Source of the DNA: an uncultured archaeon
Lineage (GTDB): Archaea > Asgardarchaeota > Thorarchaeia > Thorarchaeales > Thorarchaeaceae
Assembly (NCBI GenBank): GCA_964648855.1
Contig: CAZYLT010000003.1
Coordinates: 210,001 to 242,000, forward strand
Length of the DNA: 32,000 bases
Direction: 5' to 3'
In this document: piece by piece, positions 26,128 to 32,000 of the stretch
How the letters are laid out: every line of letters begins with the position of its first letter
How positions within the stretch are numbered: the first letter of the stretch is position 1
The notes under the pieces: generated by a model
Databases searched by the model: none
What the model saw: only the letters and a program-made list of their open reading frames with translations
Told to the model about the DNA's origin: nothing
Program-made: the position numbers and the translations under genes

Positions 26128-27582
26128 TCATTCCCAGCCAGTCATTTCTATTTTTGCAATATTTCCCAAATTCCTATCCCCGTGTTCGGATACCAATCTG
26201 ATTGGCCAATCCGGTTCACCAAGTAATTCTCCATTAGTCCAGACCGCCAGCACAAGACTGTCATTATATGCAATCTCATATGCATTGAATGATACAGAGT
26301 TATCTAGAGAATCGTAGAGGGTGACTGTGTAGTTCTTCGTGACGAGACTGGAATTGAACTGGAAATGTTCATCATCAGCTCCATCCATTGCAGAAACAAT
26401 GGTCCAGAGAGCAAGCCCCTCATACTCTGTTCCGTTGTTTGTAACCGTTTTTCTATGATGAGTACACGATGCGGCCGAATAGAATACATCATGTGTCATA
26501 TTGAATGACTCAACTCCTGACAGCTGTAGCTGCCACGATTCGACTTGGTTGAGAACAGTGATGTTCACGACGTCTTTGATCCAGTAATGTCCGTCAGTGA
26601 AATAGCCGCCGTCATTGAAGAATACCATGCGTATTGGTCCTCCATTTGTTAGAGGCTCATCGTCTTCATAATATGCTAGAATGGCGGTGAAATTACGCTG
26701 ACCAACTATATCACCAGTTGTTGAATCATATGCCCGAAGCTCACCCAGCGCCTCTGTGCTGTTGAAGTATCCAGTATATCCATCTGAGGCAACTACTTCA
26801 AGACCGTATTCTGGTGGTAGATATTCTGTTTGGTTCAGGAGATATTCTAATTCAACACCTGTATACGTGAAAGGACCTTCTATTGTTCCAGTCGATTTGA
26901 CATAACCGGCATCGGCAGTTATTGAAGGCATCCCAAGAATCTCATCCATTGTAAATTCCAGGGTTTCTGATTCTGTTTGTACCGCTATCGCAGAAGGTGC
27001 AATATTGTTGACTTTGATGGTTTCTACGCTAGCGACGCACTGTGGTCCAGCTGCACCGCCAAAGAGGTTTTCTGAGGTTGTTGCTTCAGCATCTGAGCTA
27101 TCATAATAGCCATCTTCAGGAACGAATATGACTCTGTAACCATCTTCCCACTCGGGGACAACCGTTCCGTTGTATTCGAAGGCCAAAATCATATCTCCTT
27201 GGAGGTCAAGGATTTCGCCGCTAGGATACACTTTTTGATAACCATAGGTCACCTCATATCCATCGGTAGCATTCACGGTAATCCGGTCTTCTTCGTTCAT
27301 TCCGCCAACTAATTCAATTAGGTCAGAGATTCTAACTCCTGAATAAGTTCCTTGCCCACGCACATTTCCAAAAGAATTCTGAAATGAGGTATATCCACTA
27401 ACAATATCCATTGCTTGCATCTCTGAAAGGTAAACATCCTGTTCTGTTGCATCTGCACCAATCACGGTGATGGATGGCCCAGCGTCGTGGGGTTGCATTA
27501 GGTAGATGGCAGCCAATGCAGATCCTGCCACCACAATTACAATTACCAAGATACCATGCAGCTTCGTTTTTGAACCGTTCAT
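26128..27582 (-). CDS. N-terminally membrane-anchored surface protein with three sulfite-oxidase/molybdopterin-oxidoreductase-like domains
   Basis: TM segment ILVIVIVVAGSALAAIYL. Three repeats carry YSGV/YTGV/YEGL, ATDGY/ASDGY, ILA and YRV/PIRMV/PIRLV. Many N-x-S/T sequons. Start moved to ATG 27582. Confidence 0.75.
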   Translation of the reverse strand: MNGSKTKLHGILVIVIVVAGSALAAIYLMQPHDAGPSITVIGADATEQDVYLSEMQAMDIVSGYTSFQNSFGNVRGQGTYSGVRISDLIELVGGMNEEDRITVNATDGYEVTYGYQKVYPSGEILDLQGDMILAFEYNGTVVPEWEDGYRVIFVPEDGYYDSSDAEATTSENLFGGAAGPQCVASVETIKVNNIAPSAIAVQTESETLEFTMDEILGMPSITADAGYVKSTGTIEGPFTYTGVELEYLLNQTEYLPPEYGLEVVASDGYTGYFNSTEALGELRAYDSTTGDIVGQRNFTAILAYYEDDEPLTNGGPIRMVFFNDGGYFTDGHYWIKDVVNITVLNQVESWQLQLSGVESFNMTHDVFYSAASCTHHRKTVTNNGTEYEGLALWTIVSAMDGADDEHFQFNSSLVTKNYTVTLYDSLDNSVSFNAYEIAYNDSLVLAVWTNGELLGEPDWPIRLVSEHGDRNLGNIAKIEMTGWE

Positions 27583-27699
27583 ATCTCTCACATGTCTTCC
27601 TATTTTTCCCGACGTTATGCATCGCGGAGCATATCGAAGACAGATAAATATCTTACCGTATGTTGGTGAAACAATCAATTCAGGACAATCTGCTTAAAA

Positions 27700-27976
27700 A
27701 TGGCTAAGGAAAAACCTATTGGGTTATCTATGGACGATATCTACGATTCTATCGAAAACTAGGATGTTGCAGAAACTATTCTTCAGGACCGTAGTCCCCA
27801 GAAGACTTACTTCTTCTCAATTGGAGTGCTGATTGATGGGACGGACCAAGCGTCCAATAGGGTTGGTGCAGCCATGCCTGCAGATACTACTTGGACAATG
27901 GGTTGCCGGTGCAGCTGGCGCGGTCGTGATTATCCTCATAGTATTGGTCCTCTTCCGGAGAAGACCGAGTAAATGA
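27700..27976 (+). pseudogene. Remnant of a fibronectin type III-like surface protein with C-terminal TM anchor
   Basis: The frame from ATG 27700 reads ...IYDSIEN*DVAETILQDRSPQKTYFFSIGVLIDGTDQASNRVGAAMPADTTWTM, with TAG at 27760. Removing one G at 27900-27902 continues it as VAGAAGAVVIILIVLVLFRRRPSK* (TGA 27974-27976). Confidence 0.6.
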
Positions 27977-27993
27977 CGCAGAAGAGGGATTGT

Positions 27994-28380
27994 TCATTTC
28001 ATAGCAATGGCTTGAATCTCTATACTAACATCCTTTGGCAGTCGTGCCACCTCAACTGCGGCACGCGCAGGCGGATTCTGGCTGAACCATTTGGCATATT
28101 CCTCGTTCATTACTTGAAACTCATCCATATTATTCAGAAAGACTGTTACTTTCACCACTTTCGATAAAGATGAACCAGCCGCTTCCAAAACCGCTTTCAA
28201 GTTGCTCAGACATTGTTTTGTCTGCTCAGTTATGGATCTATCAACTAATTCACCCGTGTCAGGATTCACAGGAATTTGCCCTGAACAGAAAACCAAGTTT
28301 GCTGTCGCGATTCCTTGTGAGTACGGTCCAATAGCCTTTGGAGCTTTTGATGTCGATATTACTTCTCGAACCATTTTCAT
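27994..28380 (-). CDS. ridA: RidA family reactive intermediate/imine deaminase
   Basis: [44 protein letters not shown] and IEI. Confidence 0.96.
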   Translation of the reverse strand: MKMVREVISTSKAPKAIGPYSQGIATANLVFCSGQIPVNPDTGELVDRSITEQTKQCLSNLKAVLEAAGSSLSKVVKVTVFLNNMDEFQVMNEEYAKWFSQNPPARAAVEVARLPKDVSIEIQAIAMK

Positions 28381-28464
28381 CGGGCAGAGTCCGAAGCCAT
28401 GATGTAATTAATCTATCTGATTATTCGCGATTCCCTTTTTTCTTAAATGAAGTGAATTCTGAGA

Positions 28465-29439
28465 TCAGCGTCTCTCTGGTGGAGGCGGTATGTAGTTTCC
28501 TCTCAAAATCCGTGTCCCTGTTTCACCACGTAGTGCCTTGGTGATATTCGGGGGATCAGTTATTATTGCCATTTCTCCTCCCCGCTCAATGAATGAAATA
28601 CACGCCTCTACTTTTGGAAGCATGCTGCCAGCTGCAAAGTGTCCTTCCTCCATGTATTTCTGAGCTTGAATGTGGTCCATCTTGTCAATGGGCTCTTGTT
28701 CATCAGTGCCGAAGTTCAAGTACACCTTTTCAACGGCTGTGGAGATGAGCAGAACATTAGCATCCAAGCCGTTTGCAAGCAATGCAGAGGCTCGGTCCTT
28801 GTCAATCACAGCAGCAACACCTTCGAGGTTGCCCTGGTCATCTTTTATGACGGGAATGCCGCCACCTCCGACCGCGTAGACAATAACTCCATCTTTTATG
28901 AGTGCTTTAATCGCTGGTAATTCTATAATTCTCTTTGGAATTGGTGATGCCACAACTCTTCTCCAACCTCTTCCAGCGTCTTCTATCACTTGCCACCCCT
29001 CCTCCTTCTCTCGCTTCTTGGCTTCTTTTTCATCCATGAATGATCCAACAGGTTTTGCGGGGTTCTCAAATGCTGGGTCTTTCTTGTCAACAAGGGTTTG
29101 GGTGACAACGGTTGCGACTGATTTGTTCATGTTGCGCTGATTGAATTCGTTGTACATGGCTCTTTGAATCATATATCCGATTGCGCCTTGGGTATCAGCC
29201 CCGCAGTAGTCAAGTGGAACCTCATGAAGCTCATGAGATGCCAATTCGGACCTTCTTAGAATGAATCCCACTTGTGGGCCATTTCCTGATGTAATAACAA
29301 CATTCCATCCCTGTTCAATCATATCAGCAATATGCTTGCAGGTTTCTGCAGCTGCTTCATATTGGTCAGGCACCGTACGATGATTCTTATCCTTGATTAG
29401 CGAATTTCCGCCTATTGCGACTACTGCTTTCTGAGCCAT
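28465..29439 (-). CDS. arcC: Carbamate kinase
   Basis: VVAIGGNSL, GNGPQVG, TQGAIGY, DPAFENPAKPVG, RGWRRVVASP, GGGGIPV, AVIDKD and GSMLPKV. AGGAG RBS. Confidence 0.96.
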   Translation of the reverse strand: MAQKAVVAIGGNSLIKDKNHRTVPDQYEAAAETCKHIADMIEQGWNVVITSGNGPQVGFILRRSELASHELHEVPLDYCGADTQGAIGYMIQRAMYNEFNQRNMNKSVATVVTQTLVDKKDPAFENPAKPVGSFMDEKEAKKREKEEGWQVIEDAGRGWRRVVASPIPKRIIELPAIKALIKDGVIVYAVGGGGIPVIKDDQGNLEGVAAVIDKDRASALLANGLDANVLLISTAVEKVYLNFGTDEQEPIDKMDHIQAQKYMEEGHFAAGSMLPKVEACISFIERGGEMAIITDPPNITKALRGETGTRILRGNYIPPPPERR

Positions 29440-29457
29440 TGTGAAAACATTCTCCTA

Positions 29458-29485
29458 AGGGAAAATTGTGAGGGCAATATTCCCT
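29458..29485. repeat. Inverted repeat just upstream of the arcC RBS (possible operator or hairpin)
   Basis: AGGGAAAATTG-N6-CAATATTCCCT; 10 of 11 positions pair. Confidence 0.5.
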
Positions 29486-29575
29486 CTTAAGCTCAATGGT
29501 TTCAGAAAACTATTCAAGAACGAGTATTTTTGATATGGGGGCGTTTATAGGCATTAATAACAGAATGCTACCTAG

Positions 29576-31636
<2,061 letters not shown>

Positions 31637-31659
31637 AGTTAAGCATCCCTCTCTAGCTA

Positions 31660-31682
31660 GAAGAGGCACTTAGCGCCTCTTC
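31660..31682 (+). terminator. Hairpin downstream of ligA (possible terminator)
   Basis: GAAGAGGC-ACTTAGC-GCCTCTTC forms an 8-bp perfect stem; a short T-run follows a few nt later. Confidence 0.35.
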
Positions 31683-31737
31683 CGAACATTTTAATAAACC
31701 GATTTAACTATAATAAACAAGAGAGTAGGACCTAGCT

Positions 31738-32000
31738 ATGATTGGACGATTAGGCGACTCTGAGCGATTTGAAGTAGAAGCATCGGACGGAAAGATTGGC
31801 AACCTTTCGGATGTATACGTTGATGATTGTGATTGGTGTGTTAGATATCTGGTTATTGATATTGGCAGTTGGATTTCTGACCGCGAAGTATTGATTTCAC
31901 CAGAAGAAATAGATGAGATGGACTGGCAGAAGGAGAAACTAAAACTCAATGTTCCGAAGAAGAACGTGAAAGAAAGCCCGGAGCCCGAAGCCGAAATGCC
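31738..32000 (+). CDS. PRC-barrel domain protein (3'-truncated by the window; absent from the ORF track)
   Basis: Manual translation gives MIGRLGDSERFEVEASDGKIGNLSDVYVDDCDWCVRYLVIDIGSWISDREVLISP..., the typical A.DG.IG.v.D...D...W.vRYLV PRC-barrel pattern. No stop before the window end. Confidence 0.88.
   Translation, partial: MIGRLGDSERFEVEASDGKIGNLSDVYVDDCDWCVRYLVIDIGSWISDREVLISPEEIDEMDWQKEKLKLNVPKKNVKESPEPEAEM

Noticed and set aside
27583-27678. Extended N-termini in the ORF track (also 1768-1833, 14797-14853 and 25986-26057)
   Set aside because: The extensions look non-coding and cover likely promoter sequence; downstream ATGs fit the domain starts better.
27760-27762. Pyrrolysine read-through of the in-frame TAG
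   Set aside because: A frameshift also disrupts the same gene and no pyl genes are in the window, so decay or sequence error is simpler.
31704-31949. 81-aa minus-strand ORF
   Set aside because: It is antisense to the PRC-barrel gene that starts at 31738.

Overview
Gene-dense archaeal window. The archaeal call rests on paired PurP genes, a type 2 IPP isomerase, an ADP-forming acyl-CoA synthetase, and GGTGA/AGGAG ribosome-binding sites with TATA-like promoters. The WD40, TPR and tubulin-family genes suggest an Asgard (Thorarchaeia-like) genome, but this is inference only. The first 14.2 kb holds an SCP2-like ORF, a class I/AcuC-type deacetylase and a minus-strand purine cluster (purN, purF, two purP, purC-purS fusion, purQ, purL, purE-purM fusion, purD, guaA). 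The most striking part is 18.0-25.3 kb: a tightly coupled three-gene operon encoding an 895-aa helical rod with ~65-70-aa repeats, a divergent tubulin-superfamily GTPase and a 353-aa helical protein. The GTPase mixes FtsZ/CetZ-like N-terminal motifs with an alpha-tubulin-like T7/H8 and tubulin-like C-terminal helices H11-H12. The operon lies head-to-head with a WD40 + MIT-like + coiled-coil gene, so it is a candidate undescribed cytoskeletal system. The right end has a TPR gene, a surface protein with three repeated sulfite-oxidase-like domains, a decayed FN3/TM-anchor gene, ridA, carbamate kinase, a bacterial-type NAD-dependent ligase and a partial PRC-barrel gene. All calls come from reading motifs by eye; no searches were run.
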